In this document: piece after piece, positions 44,320 to 54,626 of the stretch
Layout: every line of letters starts with the position of its first letter
How positions within the stretch are numbered: the first letter of the stretch is position 1
Source: an uncultured Spirochaetota bacterium
GTDB taxonomy: Bacteria; Spirochaetota; UBA4802; UBA5550
Length of the DNA stretch: 64,000 nt
Direction: 5' to 3'
Assembly: GCA_963827275.1 (NCBI GenBank)
Contig: CAWHAA010000004.1
Coordinates: 352,001 to 416,000 of the forward strand
Notes under the pieces: generated by a model
The model's input: the letters and a program-made list of their open reading frames with translations, nothing else
Database searches by the model: none
What the model was told of the DNA's origin: nothing
Translations under genes and position numbers: made by a program

Positions 44320-44601
44320 ATGTCAAAAGAGAAGATATTTTGCGCCAATTGCCAGTACTGCATCGTCATACGGCAGTACGAATCCGAACCGGACCGCTAT
44401 GTTCTCAGGGTCAAATGCCTCAAGAAAAAATGGGTGAAGCGTTCCGGCGAGGAAAAGCTCTACAAGTTTTTTACCGTGGCGCGCAGGATTATGGACGATT
44501 GCGAATATTACACGGAATCAGGCGAGCTGTTCCCGTACATCAAAAATTTAAGGAAAGAACTCCCCATTAAGGATGAGATATACTCCACCAAGGATGTATA
44601 A
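44320..44601 (+). CDS. Small Cys-rich hypothetical protein
   Basis: AAGGAG RBS; CANCQYC...C...C; ends 2 bp before rnfC. Confidence 0.78.
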   Translation: MSKEKIFCANCQYCIVIRQYESEPDRYVLRVKCLKKKWVKRSGEEKLYKFFTVARRIMDDCEYYTESGELFPYIKNLRKELPIKDEIYSTKDV

Positions 44602-44603
44602 GA

Positions 44604-45933
44604 ATGTTTTCACGCTTTGGCGGAGGGATCCATCCGCCCGAACATAAAAGCATTACTGAAGAACTGAAATTTGTAAATCTTCCTATACCCCATACCTGTT
44701 ATATCCCGCTCCAGCAGCATGTCGGAGCGCCCGCGAAGCTGGCCGTGAACGTCGGCGACCTCGTGACCGAGGGCCAGCTTATCGGACGCGCCGACGGGCT
44801 GATCAGCGCAAATGTCCATTCGTCGATACCCGGGAAAGTGGCCGCCATCGCCACGGTCCGACACGGTGTACGGGCCGCAGGAGTCCGTTGTCATCGAGGC
44901 CGAGGGATCGTTTTCCTCATCGGCCATGCCCCCGGCGACCTGCGACTGGACGGCCCTCTCCCGCGACGGAATACTCGGTAAAATCCGGGAGGCCGGCGTC
45001 GTGGGCCTCGGCGGCGCCGCGTTCCCCGCGGCGGTAAAGCTCTCGCCCCCGCCCGGGAAGAACGTCGACACCCTCATCGTCAACGGGGCGGAGTGCGAGC
45101 CGTACCTCACTGTTGACGACATGCTGATGAAGACATTCCCCGACGCCGTTATCGAGGGGACGCGGATTGCGATGAAGGCCCTGGGCGTCACGCGGGCCGT
45201 GATCGGCGTGGAGGACAACAAGAAGGCCGCCATCGCCGCGCTGAAAAAGGCGGCTGAAGCCGTGCGCCCCCCGGAGAGCGTCGCGGTCCGGAAATTGAGG
45301 ACGCGATACCCGCAGGGCGCGGAAAAACAGATGATATACAGCCTGCTGCGCAGAACGGTGCCCTCCGGCGGCCTGCCGATGGACGCGGGCGTTGTCGTGC
45401 ACAATGCCGGGACCATCTGCGCCGTTCGGGAAGCGGTCCTGTACGACCGCCCCCTCTATACGCGGTACATCACGGTCGCGGGGAACGCCATCGCGAGGCC
45501 CGGTAACTACAAGGTGCGCATCGGCATGAGGATCGCCGACATCGTGGAGGAGTGCGGGGGCTTCAGGGAGCGGCCGGCGAGGATCATCATGGGGGGACCG
45601 CTGTGCGGCCAGAGCGTCCACTCGCTCGACTTCCCGGTGGTGAAGGGCACCTCGGGGCTGCTCTTCCTTGCCGGCAAGGACGTGGCGGCCAGCGACTATT
45701 CCTCCTGCATACGGTGCGGGAAGTGCGTATCGGCCTGCCCCGCCGGGCTCCTGCCCTGCGACCTCGGCACGGCCGTGGAAAAGGGGAGGTTCGACCTCGC
45801 CCGCGGCCTGAACCCGCTCGATTGCATCATGTGCGGCTCGTGCAGCTATGTCTGCCCGGCGCGGAGGCCGCTCAGCCATTATATAAAGCTGGCCCAGCAG
45901 CATGTCAGGGCCGGGCAGCAAGCGGGGCGGTGA
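44604..45933 (+). CDS. rnfC: Rnf electron transport complex subunit C; frameshift near 44860
   Basis: GGIHPPEHK, GVVGLGGAAFP, NGAECEPYL, YPQGAEK, two CxxCxxCxxxCP motifs. Confidence 0.95.
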
Positions 45934-45934
45934 T

Positions 45935-47029
45935 ATGGCCATAACAGAAAATAAAAAAGAGATGCTCCTGGTGTCCCATCCGCCCCATGTCAGGTCCGGC
46001 GAGTCCGTTGCGAAGATCATGTGGTCGGTGGTGGTCGCACTGGCGCCGGCGGCCGCTTTTTCAGTGTACCTGTTCGGATTGCGCGCCGCCATGCTGATCG
46101 GCACGGCGATCATCGCCGCGGTCGCCGCGGAGGCGGCGGTCCGGGCGGTATTGAGGAAGCCTGTCACCGTGCAGGACGGGTCCGCGGTCGTTACGGGGCT
46201 CCTCCTGGGGATGAATGTCCCGCCGCAGGCTCCCTGGTGGATCGTCGCCATCGGTTCGGCCTTTGCCATTATCATCGTCAAGCAGCTCTTCGGCGGGCTC
46301 GGCTTCAATATCTTCAATCCGGCGCTGGCGGCGCGCGCCTTTCTCGTGGCGTCCTGGCCGGTGCATATGACGCTGGGGTGGCACCGGTTCGGCGGGACGA
46401 ACATCCTGTCGCCGACCGTGCCGAACCCGGGGCTCCCCCCCGCAGCGTTCGACGCCCTGACCGGCGCGACGCCGCTCGCGCTGCTCAGGGAGGGTCCGCG
46501 GATCCTGGCGGACAGCCATATCGATCCGTCGCGGGTCTACGACCTGTTCCATTCGCCGGACATGCTCCTTTCCCTGTTCATCGGCAACAGGGGCGGGTGC
46601 ATCGGCGAGACGTCAGTGCTCCTTCTTCTGGCAGGCGCGCTCTTCCTTTTTGTCCGGAAAATCATCACCTGGCACACGCCGGTCTCTTTTATCGGTACGG
46701 TGGCCGCGGCGGCCGCGCTCCACGCCTGGCTGACGGGGTCTCCCGCGCCGCACGTGACGGCGCTCTATCACGTCCTGTCCGGCGGCCTTATCCTGGGCGC
46801 GTGCTTCATGGCGACGGACATGGTCACCTCGCCGGTTTCAGCGAAGGGCATGCTCCTCTTCGGCGCCGGGTGCGGCCTTATAACCTTCGTCATCAGGACC
46901 TGGGGCGGTTACCCTGAAGGCGTGTCCTACTCGATACTCATCATGAACGCCTTCGTGCCCCTCATCGACCGGTTCATGAAGCCGAAGGTCTTCGGCGCGG
47001 CCCGGAGGGCAAAGGGGAAAGCCGCATGA
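45935..47029 (+). CDS. rnfD: Rnf subunit D
   Basis: KQLFGGLGFNIFNPAL, DALTGATPL (FMN Thr), GCIGETS, FMATDMVT, YPEGV. Confidence 0.96.
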   Translation: MAITENKKEMLLVSHPPHVRSGESVAKIMWSVVVALAPAAAFSVYLFGLRAAMLIGTAIIAAVAAEAAVRAVLRKPVTVQDGSAVVTGLLLGMNVPPQAPWWIVAIGSAFAIIIVKQLFGGLGFNIFNPALAARAFLVASWPVHMTLGWHRFGGTNILSPTVPNPGLPPAAFDALTGATPLALLREGPRILADSHIDPSRVYDLFHSPDMLLSLFIGNRGGCIGETSVLLLLAGALFLFVRKIITWHTPVSFIGTVAAAAALHAWLTGSPAPHVTALYHVLSGGLILGACFMATDMVTSPVSAKGMLLFGAGCGLITFVIRTWGGYPEGVSYSILIMNAFVPLIDRFMKPKVFGAARRAKGKAA

Positions 47030-47736
47030 AGCTGACGACCGACATCCTGAGGCCGACACTCATCCTTACGGCAATCACCCTGGTATGCGTCCTGCTCCTG
47101 TCCCATGTGCACCGGCTGGCGGGCCCGGTCATTATCAAGCGCGCACGCGAAAAGCAGGAAGCGGCCCTCGCCCTGGTGCTCCCCGGGTTCACCGTGCTGG
47201 GGCCCCGGAAAGCGGTCGTCGACGGTGCTGCATTCACCTACTGGGAGGCGGAAAAGACCGCGGACAACGGCACCGTGCGGGGCTACGCCTTTATCGCAAA
47301 GGGCACCGGCTACGGCGGCGACATCGACATGATGGCGGGCGTGGAGGAAAACGGGAAGGTCCTGGGCCTGTCGGTCATCGGCCAGTCGGAGACGCCGGGC
47401 CTCGGCGACCGCTGCGTCGAGGTGGCGGACCGTGAGACCCTGTGGGACCATCTCCGGGGCGGCGTCCCGGAGCGGGATTTCAGCGATGAGACCCGGATCC
47501 CCTGGTTCCTGAACCAGTTCAAGGGGCTGGACGCTAATTCGGCGATACGGGTAGAGAAGCGCGGCGACTGGTCCCCCGCGATGCGGGACGACCTTCTCGA
47601 AATGAACGCGATATCGGCCCTGACCGGGGCCACCATAACCTCTGCCGCAGTGGTGCAGGGACTTGAAGCGGGCATGAGCCGGCTTAAAAAAGCGCGGGAG
47701 ACGGCCGCGCCTGATGCTACCGGAGGGGCGCGATGA
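47026..47736 (+). CDS. rnfG: Rnf subunit G
   Basis: GYGGDI, ETPGLG, ALTGATITS (FMN site). Confidence 0.93.
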   Translation: MKLTTDILRPTLILTAITLVCVLLLSHVHRLAGPVIIKRAREKQEAALALVLPGFTVLGPRKAVVDGAAFTYWEAEKTADNGTVRGYAFIAKGTGYGGDIDMMAGVEENGKVLGLSVIGQSETPGLGDRCVEVADRETLWDHLRGGVPERDFSDETRIPWFLNQFKGLDANSAIRVEKRGDWSPAMRDDLLEMNAISALTGATITSAAVVQGLEAGMSRLKKARETAAPDATGGAR

Positions 47737-48330
47737 GGTACTGGAAGGAATTCGCCAAGGGCCTGTGGGAGCGGAACCCGCAGCTCGTGCTCGGCCTCGC
47801 TTTCTGCCCGACCCTGGCGGTGTCCGTGTCGGTGTCGAATGCGCTCTGGATGACGCTCGCCGCCACCTTCGTGCTCGTCTGCTCGAACCTGCTCGTCTCA
47901 TCGATCCGCACCATTGTCCCCGCGCACCTGCGCATCCCCATCTTCATCACCATAATCGCGGCCTTCGTGACCGTGGTCGACCTCCTCCTGGAGGCCTACC
48001 AGCCGGAGGTGTACCGCTCGCTCGGCATATTCATTCCCCTGATCGTGGTGAACTGCATCATCCTGGGGCGGGCCGAGGAGTTCGCTCAGAAGAACGGCAT
48101 GCTGGTATCGGTGCTTGACGGGCTCGGCATGGGACTCGGCTTCGGGCTGACCCTCACCGTGCTTTCCACGGTACGGGAGGTGCTCGGCGCGAACAAGCTG
48201 TTCGGCTACACCCTGGTCCCCGGCATGGAGCCCGCCCTCGGCGATGGCCCTGGCGCCCGGGGCGTTTTTCACCCTCGCCTTCATGCTCTGGGCGATGAAC
48301 GCGATCAATTCACGGAAGAAGGGGAGGTAG
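47733..48330 (+). CDS. rnfE: Rnf subunit E; frameshift near 48240
   Basis: LAFCPTLAV, IPLIVVNCIILGRAE; shifted frame gives LAPGAFF. Confidence 0.93.
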
Positions 48331-48333
48331 GGC

Positions 48334-48939
48334 ATGGAGATCAGGGCCTTCGTAACGATACTCCTCAGCACGATATTCATCAACAACTACGTGCTCTCGC
48401 GGATGCTCGGGCTCTGCCCTTTCCTGGGCGTATCGAAGAAGCTTGATTCGGCGCTCGGCATGGGGCTGGCGGTCATTTTCGTAATGACCCTGACGTCGTT
48501 CATAACCTATCCGGTATACAAATACCTGCTGGCGCCCAACGGCATTGCCTACCTGACGACAATCGTCTTTATCCTGGTCATTGCCGCGCTGGTGCAGTTC
48601 GTGGAGATGGTGGTCAAAAAGGTATCGCCGGCGCTCTACCAGTCGCTGGGGATATTCCTCCCCCTCATCACCACCAACTGCGCGGTCCTCGGCGTCGCGG
48701 TGCTTAACATCAGGTCGGGCTTCATGGACCCCGGCGCGGGCCTCGGACTTTTAAAAAGCGTCGTGCAGGGATTCGGCGGCGGCGTGGGATTTACCCTGGC
48801 CCTTGTCATCATGGCGGGGATACGCGAGCGGCTGGAGGTCGCCGAGATCCCGGAGAACCTGAAGGGCGCTCCCATCACCTTTATCGTTGCGGGGCTGCTC
48901 GCGCTGGCGTTCTACGGCTTTTCGGGGATGAAGATATAG
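48334..48939 (+). CDS. rnfA: Rnf subunit A
   Basis: NNYVL..MLGLCPFLGVS, FLPLITTNCAVLG, GIRERL. Confidence 0.96.
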   Translation: MEIRAFVTILLSTIFINNYVLSRMLGLCPFLGVSKKLDSALGMGLAVIFVMTLTSFITYPVYKYLLAPNGIAYLTTIVFILVIAALVQFVEMVVKKVSPALYQSLGIFLPLITTNCAVLGVAVLNIRSGFMDPGAGLGLLKSVVQGFGGGVGFTLALVIMAGIRERLEVAEIPENLKGAPITFIVAGLLALAFYGFSGMKI

Positions 48940-48994
48940 GCCCTTCAGGGTTCAACCTGTCTCCCCGGGCGGACTTTATGCAAATTTGATAAGA

Positions 48995-49482
48995 CCCCCC
49001 TATCCCCCGCCGGGGGCACGTATGAGAGGGTTTATTCTAAGGGTATATGAATAACGGCATTAAAACATCCGACTATGTTGTTCAATTGGCGAGTGTCATG
49101 CGTAATAATTTAACAGCAAGTGAAAAATTATTATAGCACAGTTTGAAGAATAAACAGGTTGAGGGATACATTTTCATATGCCTGCATCCACTATATCGCT
49201 ATAGCCTTGATTTTTATTATGATGACAAACACCTGGCGATTGAGTTGGATGGAAATGTCCATATAGAAAGATTAGACTACGATGAATACCGTGATGATTT
49301 TATGAGAATTCTTGGGATAAAAACATTGCGATTTGACAATGATGATATAATGAATAATATTGATTCAGTTCTCGATAAGATAAAGAGGGAATTATCAGAA
49401 AAAGCATGATCCCGCGTGCCCCCTTCGGGGGACAGGGGGGATTTAATATGAATTTGTCGTGCCCCCTCAGGGGGACAGGGGG
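48995..49482. repeat. Three copies of a ~26-bp hairpin repeat CGTG-CCCCC-NNN-GGGGG-AYA-GGGGG(G) bracketing the DUF559 pseudogene
   Basis: Copy 1 inverted at 48995-49020; copies 2 and 3 direct at 49415-49440 and 49458-49482. Confidence 0.85.
49047..49409 (+). pseudogene. DUF559 (Vsr-like) endonuclease pseudogene, low GC
   Basis: MRNNLTASEKLL* (TAG 49134-49136 where the family has Trp), DFY...LAIELDG..H, D..RD...GIKTLRF.N; FRRQHP degenerated to FICLHP. Confidence 0.85.
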
Positions 49483-49492
49483 ATCAGGCAAT

Positions 49493-50131
49493 ATGGAAAT
49501 TACAAAACCGACAGTAACGCTCCTGGCGATAACGCCGGGCGCGGAGAGGCTTATCGAGGAAGCGGGCCGGACCTGCTACCTCTCGCTTGACCGCATCGCC
49601 GAGGGGAGCGAACGGAGCTTTATCCGGAACTGCATCAAGCGCGGCCACCATTCCATACTGGAGCACGCGTCCGCTTCGTTCCGCATCACCGGCGCATCGC
49701 GGGCTTTCACCCACCAGCTGGTGCGGCACCGCCTGGCGAGTTTTTCACAGCAGTCCCAGCGCTACGTGGACGAGGCCGGGTTCAATTACATCATCCCCGC
49801 CGCCGTCCTTGAGGACGAAGGGGCGGCAGCGGTCTTTCGCGACGCCATGGCACGGGCGGAAGAAGCGTACCGCGCCCTCAGGGAGCGCGGGATCAGGAAG
49901 GAGGACGCGCGCTTCGTGCTCCCCAACGCGTCGGAAAGCCAGATCGTGTTCTCCGCCAATTTCCGGGAGCTCAGGATGATATTCAGCCTGCGCCTCGCCC
50001 GCGGCGCACAGTGGGAGATCCGCAGGGTGTGCGCGGAGATGCTGAAGATTTTGCAGAATGAGGCCCCGGCGGTGTTCGGGGATTTCGTCCTTGACGAAGG
50101 CTCGATGACCGCGCAGTCGGACCTGGTGTAA
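49493..50131 (+). CDS. thyX: FAD-dependent thymidylate synthase
   Basis: HHSILEH, RHRLASFSQQSQRY, EDARFVLP, AQWEIR. Confidence 0.96.
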   Translation: MEITKPTVTLLAITPGAERLIEEAGRTCYLSLDRIAEGSERSFIRNCIKRGHHSILEHASASFRITGASRAFTHQLVRHRLASFSQQSQRYVDEAGFNYIIPAAVLEDEGAAAVFRDAMARAEEAYRALRERGIRKEDARFVLPNASESQIVFSANFRELRMIFSLRLARGAQWEIRRVCAEMLKILQNEAPAVFGDFVLDEGSMTAQSDLV

Positions 50132-50136
50132 ATAGC

Positions 50137-50311
50137 ACCGATAGTTATCGGTAGTCAGAGCGATAGTTATCGGTAGCACCGGGGGTCAGAGTAAAATTTA
50201 GAGTGTGAGAACCTGCCATAATTTGTATATTTGTACAAGAATACAAAAATACCGGGGGTCAGAGTAACGTTAAGACCGATAGTTATCGGCAGTCGCGCCG
50301 ATAGTTATCGG
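50137..50311. repeat. Cluster of REP-like repeats: 4x CCGATAGTTATCGG palindrome and 2x ACCGGGGGTCAGAGTAA
   Basis: Palindromes at 50138-50151, 50161-50173 (first C missing), 50276-50289, 50298-50311; 17-mer at 50178-50194 and 50251-50267. Confidence 0.85.
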
Positions 50312-50346
50312 CTAAGCAGGCTGGGCCGGAAACCGAGAAGGAGTGA

Positions 50347-50826
50347 TTATTTCAGGGCCACGTTCATTTCAAGCTGCCCCATGGGGCTGTAGAGGTTGAT
50401 CCCCAGCGTCGTCTGCTTGATCAGCGTGATGGTGAAGTCTTTTCCCACGACCACGGTGGGAGTGGTCATGTTGATGCGCTTGCCGGTGGTGGCGAAGAGG
50501 TTCATGGCGTTGCCGGTGATCATGTTCGCCATTTCACCGATGATGTCCTTGTATTCCTGCTGCACCTGGTCCTCGGTAAGTCCGGGCACCAGCGCCTGGG
50601 CGATTTTGTACACCATGTTGAATCCCATGCTGTACACGACCTCGCCGGTAACGCCGCCGGTTATGCCGATCAGGATGGCCACGTCGAGGGAAGGGATGGG
50701 GCTGTCCTTGATTACGAGCTTTCCGCGTCTCAGGTCAACATTGAGGATCGACTTGAATACGGCGCTCGCCGCCTCGAGAAACGGATTTACGAATTCGGCA
50801 TTGATGTTCGGCATATAATGGCTCAA
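50347..50826 (-). CDS. cheX: Chemotaxis phosphatase CheX
   Basis: VNPFLEAA, IGITGGVTG, IGEMANMITGNA, TPTVVVG. Confidence 0.92.
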   Translation of the reverse strand: MSHYMPNINAEFVNPFLEAASAVFKSILNVDLRRGKLVIKDSPIPSLDVAILIGITGGVTGEVVYSMGFNMVYKIAQALVPGLTEDQVQQEYKDIIGEMANMITGNAMNLFATTGKRINMTTPTVVVGKDFTITLIKQTTLGINLYSPMGQLEMNVALK

Positions 50827-50875
50827 CCCCTACAGGATCTTATGGTGCAAAGATTAGCAAACCGCCTGATATATA

Positions 50876-52012
50876 TCAATCAGTTTTTAAATTTTTTATT
50901 ATTTTTGAATTTTCGTACAATTTTTGCATCATGTTGGACGAGAGCATCCTGATGCCTTCCTGCTCGAGCCTCGATGCCATGGCCGCCCGGTCCTTCTCCC
51001 GTCCGGGCTGCGCTTCTTTCCTGATGTCCTTGAGCACCGGCGTGTAGATGTAGAGGCCGGAGTCGGCGCTTATGACCCGTGACGACCTGTTTTCGGCAAG
51101 CTGGATGAATTCCTCGAGGAACAGCCTGGAGGAATTGATGCTGGAAATCGGCTGGCCCCTGTCGTCGGTTATGTTCTCCCCGGCCTTGAATATCCTGGAC
51201 ATGGCCACGTTCCCTTTCAATACCGCCTGGGCCTCGTCGAACGATCCGCCCTTCAGCGCGATGGCGTTGATTCTGTCGACGATCTCTTTTTTCAGGCGGG
51301 CCATTTTCGATGTCTCGAGCTTTTTCCGTATGCGCTCGCGGTCCGTTGTCGGGTCCTTTATCTCTTTCTTGTTTTTTTCGATTTCAGCGGACACCTCGGC
51401 GTCGGTCACCCGCGCCTGTTCGCCGAGCATCGCCTGCAGGGCCATCGTGCTCAGGAAGGCGTACTTGATCTGCGCCCGCGAGCTGTCCGCCGCCATCTCC
51501 GCAGTGACTTCGTCAGACGGGACCGCGAGGCCCATTCTCAGGAACTGGAAATAACGCTCCCGGAGGAGGTCTTTCCTGATTGTCTTCTGGAAATCGTTGA
51601 AGCTGAAGTTGGTCCGCTCCAGGAAATAGTTCAGCCGCTCGGCGTCCAGCGCGCCGGTTGACTGGTCGCGCAGGCCCGGTATGTTGAGGATGTATTCCTT
51701 GACCGCCTCGTCCGACACGTAAAAGCCGGTCTTGCGCGCCTCTTGAAGGAGCAGGACGTCGTTGATGTAGTAGTTGAGGATCATCTCGTCCATCTTGCCG
51801 TCGCCGCGCATGTCGCCGAACCTGCTGTCGCGGTAGCGAAGGTAATCGTACCGGTCGACCTTCTCCCCGTTAACGATCGCGATGACGCTCTGGTCGAGCC
51901 CCATGCGGGAGATGAAATCGGGCATCCCGAAGGATATGACGATGATGAGGACGAAAAAGCCGGTTATGGCGTAGCTGACTATCTTTACCACCGGTGACTT
52001 TGAATCAAACAT
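50876..52012 (-). CDS. SurA N-terminal domain protein (PpiD-like periplasmic chaperone)
   Basis: N-terminal TM, IAIVNGEKV, LLLQEARKTGFYVSDEAV. Confidence 0.8.
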   Translation of the reverse strand: MFDSKSPVVKIVSYAITGFFVLIIVISFGMPDFISRMGLDQSVIAIVNGEKVDRYDYLRYRDSRFGDMRGDGKMDEMILNYYINDVLLLQEARKTGFYVSDEAVKEYILNIPGLRDQSTGALDAERLNYFLERTNFSFNDFQKTIRKDLLRERYFQFLRMGLAVPSDEVTAEMAADSSRAQIKYAFLSTMALQAMLGEQARVTDAEVSAEIEKNKKEIKDPTTDRERIRKKLETSKMARLKKEIVDRINAIALKGGSFDEAQAVLKGNVAMSRIFKAGENITDDRGQPISSINSSRLFLEEFIQLAENRSSRVISADSGLYIYTPVLKDIRKEAQPGREKDRAAMASRLEQEGIRMLSSNMMQKLYENSKIIKNLKTD

Positions 52013-52080
52013 GGCTGTCTTCCTGTTCTGTCTTTTTTTATATATCTTTTTTCGCGGGGGAATTTGTCAACGAGATTAAT

Positions 52081-52251
52081 CTATTCTTTCGGGGCCTCGG
52101 CCTCATCCACGAGCATGACCGGGATGCCGTCCTTCACCGGGTAGCGGCGGCCGCACTCCGTGCAGACGATCTTCTCTTCCTTTGTATTGTACTCGACGTC
52201 CCCGCGGCATGCCGGGCAGGCGAGAATCTCAAGGAGCTTGGTGTCTATCAT
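52081..52251 (-). CDS. Trm112-like (YcaR/UPF0434) protein, 56 aa, not in the ORF track
   Basis: MIDTKLLEILACPACRGDVEY...IVCTECGRRYPVKDGIPVMLVDEA; GAGG RBS. Confidence 0.92.
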   Translation of the reverse strand: MIDTKLLEILACPACRGDVEYNTKEEKIVCTECGRRYPVKDGIPVMLVDEAEAPKE

Positions 52252-52334
52252 ACGATACCTCGTTTTCTGGGTGTGGCACGGTTATGGAGGGGAAAAGGAT
52301 TTCCGTCAATAAAAAAATAAGCCTGAGGGGAGGG

Positions 52335-54315
52335 TCAGGGGTGCGTCGGCAGGGCGTCCCTGGTAACCACCGTTAGCCGTACGTTGCTCATTAATGTTAT
52401 ATTCCATGTCTGTGTGCCTGACAGGTTTTTCCCCGCCCGGTAGTAGATGTTCGATGCCGCCGGCATGGTCCCGATCCGCATCACGTCGTAGATATAGGGG
52501 CCGTAATAGTAGGAGCCGGACTGGTAGGTATACCGGTATTTGTGCATGTCAATGGACCCGAGGGTATACTCAATTGAAGAAGAATCGCTGTAGAACCAGT
52601 AATCAATCAGGTCATCATATAAATCCCTGTTGTACTCGTAATATTGATAATATGAATCCGTGTCATCCTTGTCCGAGAGCAGGGTCGAGGCGGCCCATTT
52701 CCTGAGAACGGAGCCGAATTTACCATTTCCAACAGGTAGTGCGGGGGAGACCTGGCTCAGCGCGTACTCGATCGCGCGGTAGTCGGTATACCCGTTCCAC
52801 ACTACGTTCCTGAAAAATTCAGCGCCGCCGTAGTTCCGCGCCAGGTACGCCCCCAGCGCGTAGTTCAGGGAATAGCTGATGAGCCTGTAGCTTCCGCTGT
52901 ACCAGGCGGTCACGGAATATTCGTTGAAGTAATTGGCGATGGGGAGCCTGCCGTATGTGATGTACCCGCCAGGCACCAGGTCATCCGGGTCGGGGATACA
53001 TGCCGCGCTTTCATAGTCGGCCCCACGGGGCCCGTTCACGCCGAGCTTGTCTCGACACCAGGTCTTCGGTCGCCAGCGAGCACATCTCGTCGATCCAGGT
53101 TTCGGTGCCGCTCGACCCGTCGGTGCGCGACACGGTCTTCTGGTAGAACTGTATCATGTGCTGGAACTCGTGCGCCAGCGTGGAGATGATCTCCGAGGGC
53201 CATCGGTCCGTAATGTCCCAGGTGCCGACATTTGTCGCGAAGAGGACTGCGTCCAGGTAAAACATGATCCGCTCGTTTGAATGGGGGAGGGCCGATGCCT
53301 TGAAGTTGTCCTTGGCCCAGAAATAGCCGAGCACCCCGCCGCTGGTTGAGTTGTCGTTGTCGATATCGAACAGGAGTATCGTGATCTCGTTATCGGGAGT
53401 GATCAGCATGGCGCGGTCCTGTTCTGTAAGGGGCGACGAGAAGGGGACGTCCCCCCATTCCTCTCCGTATATCGCGGTGACCCAGTCGTAGATGTCATTG
53501 GTGAGGCCGTCCTTGAGGAATTTGTCCGCCATTGCATCGACCATGGCCTGGCTCACCAGTTCCTTTTTGGTTCCGGTGCCGGTCCAGCAATTGTCCGCGA
53601 CCCAGATGTTAAGCGTCTTGTTGTTGTCAGCGTCGCCAAAGGAAGATGCAACGGTTACCGTGTCAGCGAAACGGCATGTTGCCTTCACGCTCGTGTATGC
53701 GTCAATTTTGAAGTAACCGGTATCGTTCGTGGCATCGTACAGCGGCTCGATCGAGGGCACCAGGTTGAGGAGCAGTGACACCGGGTTTTTGCTGTTGAGG
53801 GACGCATACGGGTTCCTGTTGAATTCGGTCGCCTCGGGCTTCCCGCGGGTGCCGGACGCGTCGGCGGGGACCGCGTCCGCCTTCGCCGGTGCGCCCGCCG
53901 CGGGGACGAGGCCCTGCTGCACGCTCAGGCCCGGATCGCTCAAAGACGGATACGTTGTGCCGGCGGAGGGGCTGACATTCGTAAAAATAAAATACACGTC
54001 TTTAGGTGCATTCAATATGTCCAGGGAAAGCTCCAGGTTGACGTTGGGAACAGCGCTCTCCTCGGTCAGGGGGTCCAGCACTTCGCCCTTGTTGTCATAC
54101 AGCGTATACTGGGAGGGGTCGAAATGCGCTATGGTATACTCATCACTGCCGTTAATGGCATAGTCGAGTGAGCCGTCAGTGTATACTGGCAGGAGGCTGA
54201 AAAGCAGCGGGTCGCTCTCCTGGGAATCAGCTCCCGATACGCAGCCGGTAATACTACCCGCAGCGAGAAGCATTGATGCGATGATTCCCGTAATGCGAAT
54301 GCTCATTCTATTCAT
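52335..54315 (-). CDS. M30 (hyicolysin-like) metallopeptidase lipoprotein; frameshift near 53050
   Basis: Lipobox ITGC; GGVLGYFW..D, TLAHEFQHMIQF, WIDEM; second frame Y.LG.YLARNYGG. Confidence 0.82.
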
Positions 54316-54600
54316 CGATACCTGTGAGAAATTGCTATAGTTTATAAAAAATCAGCGGCCTTTTAATAATACAATATCTTTACGGTCATAGCAAGTTTAA
54401 ATACCGTTACCCATCTATAATAATGTGCATTATTTAAGGAATTAATGACAAAAAATAATATAATATATAAAAATTGTTTTCAATTAAACATAAATCATGG
54501 AATTCAGATGATAAATTCATAAAAAAGCAAATAGAACGGAATTGATTAACAGATTTTAGCTGGACATATTTTTATTGTTTGAGTAAATTTGTTTCATAAA

Positions 54601-54626
54601 AATTACCGTCCATTTGGACGGTAATT
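54601..54626. promoter_or_regulatory. Perfect 12-bp-arm inverted repeat, candidate operator between divergent genes
   Basis: AATTACCGTCCA-TT-TGGACGGTAATT in an AT-rich intergenic region. Confidence 0.55.

Noticed and set aside
49134..49136. Pyrrolysine or recoded TAG in the DUF559 gene
   Set aside because: TAG is used as a normal stop elsewhere in the window, it is one substitution from the expected TGG, and neighbouring motifs are also degenerate
49406..49492. N-terminal extension of ThyX in the ORF track
   Set aside because: It is translation through the two G/C-run repeats; the likely start is ATG 49493
50137..50311. CRISPR array
   Set aside because: Repeats are only 14-17 bp, spacers are irregular (a few bp to ~56 bp) and no cas genes are present
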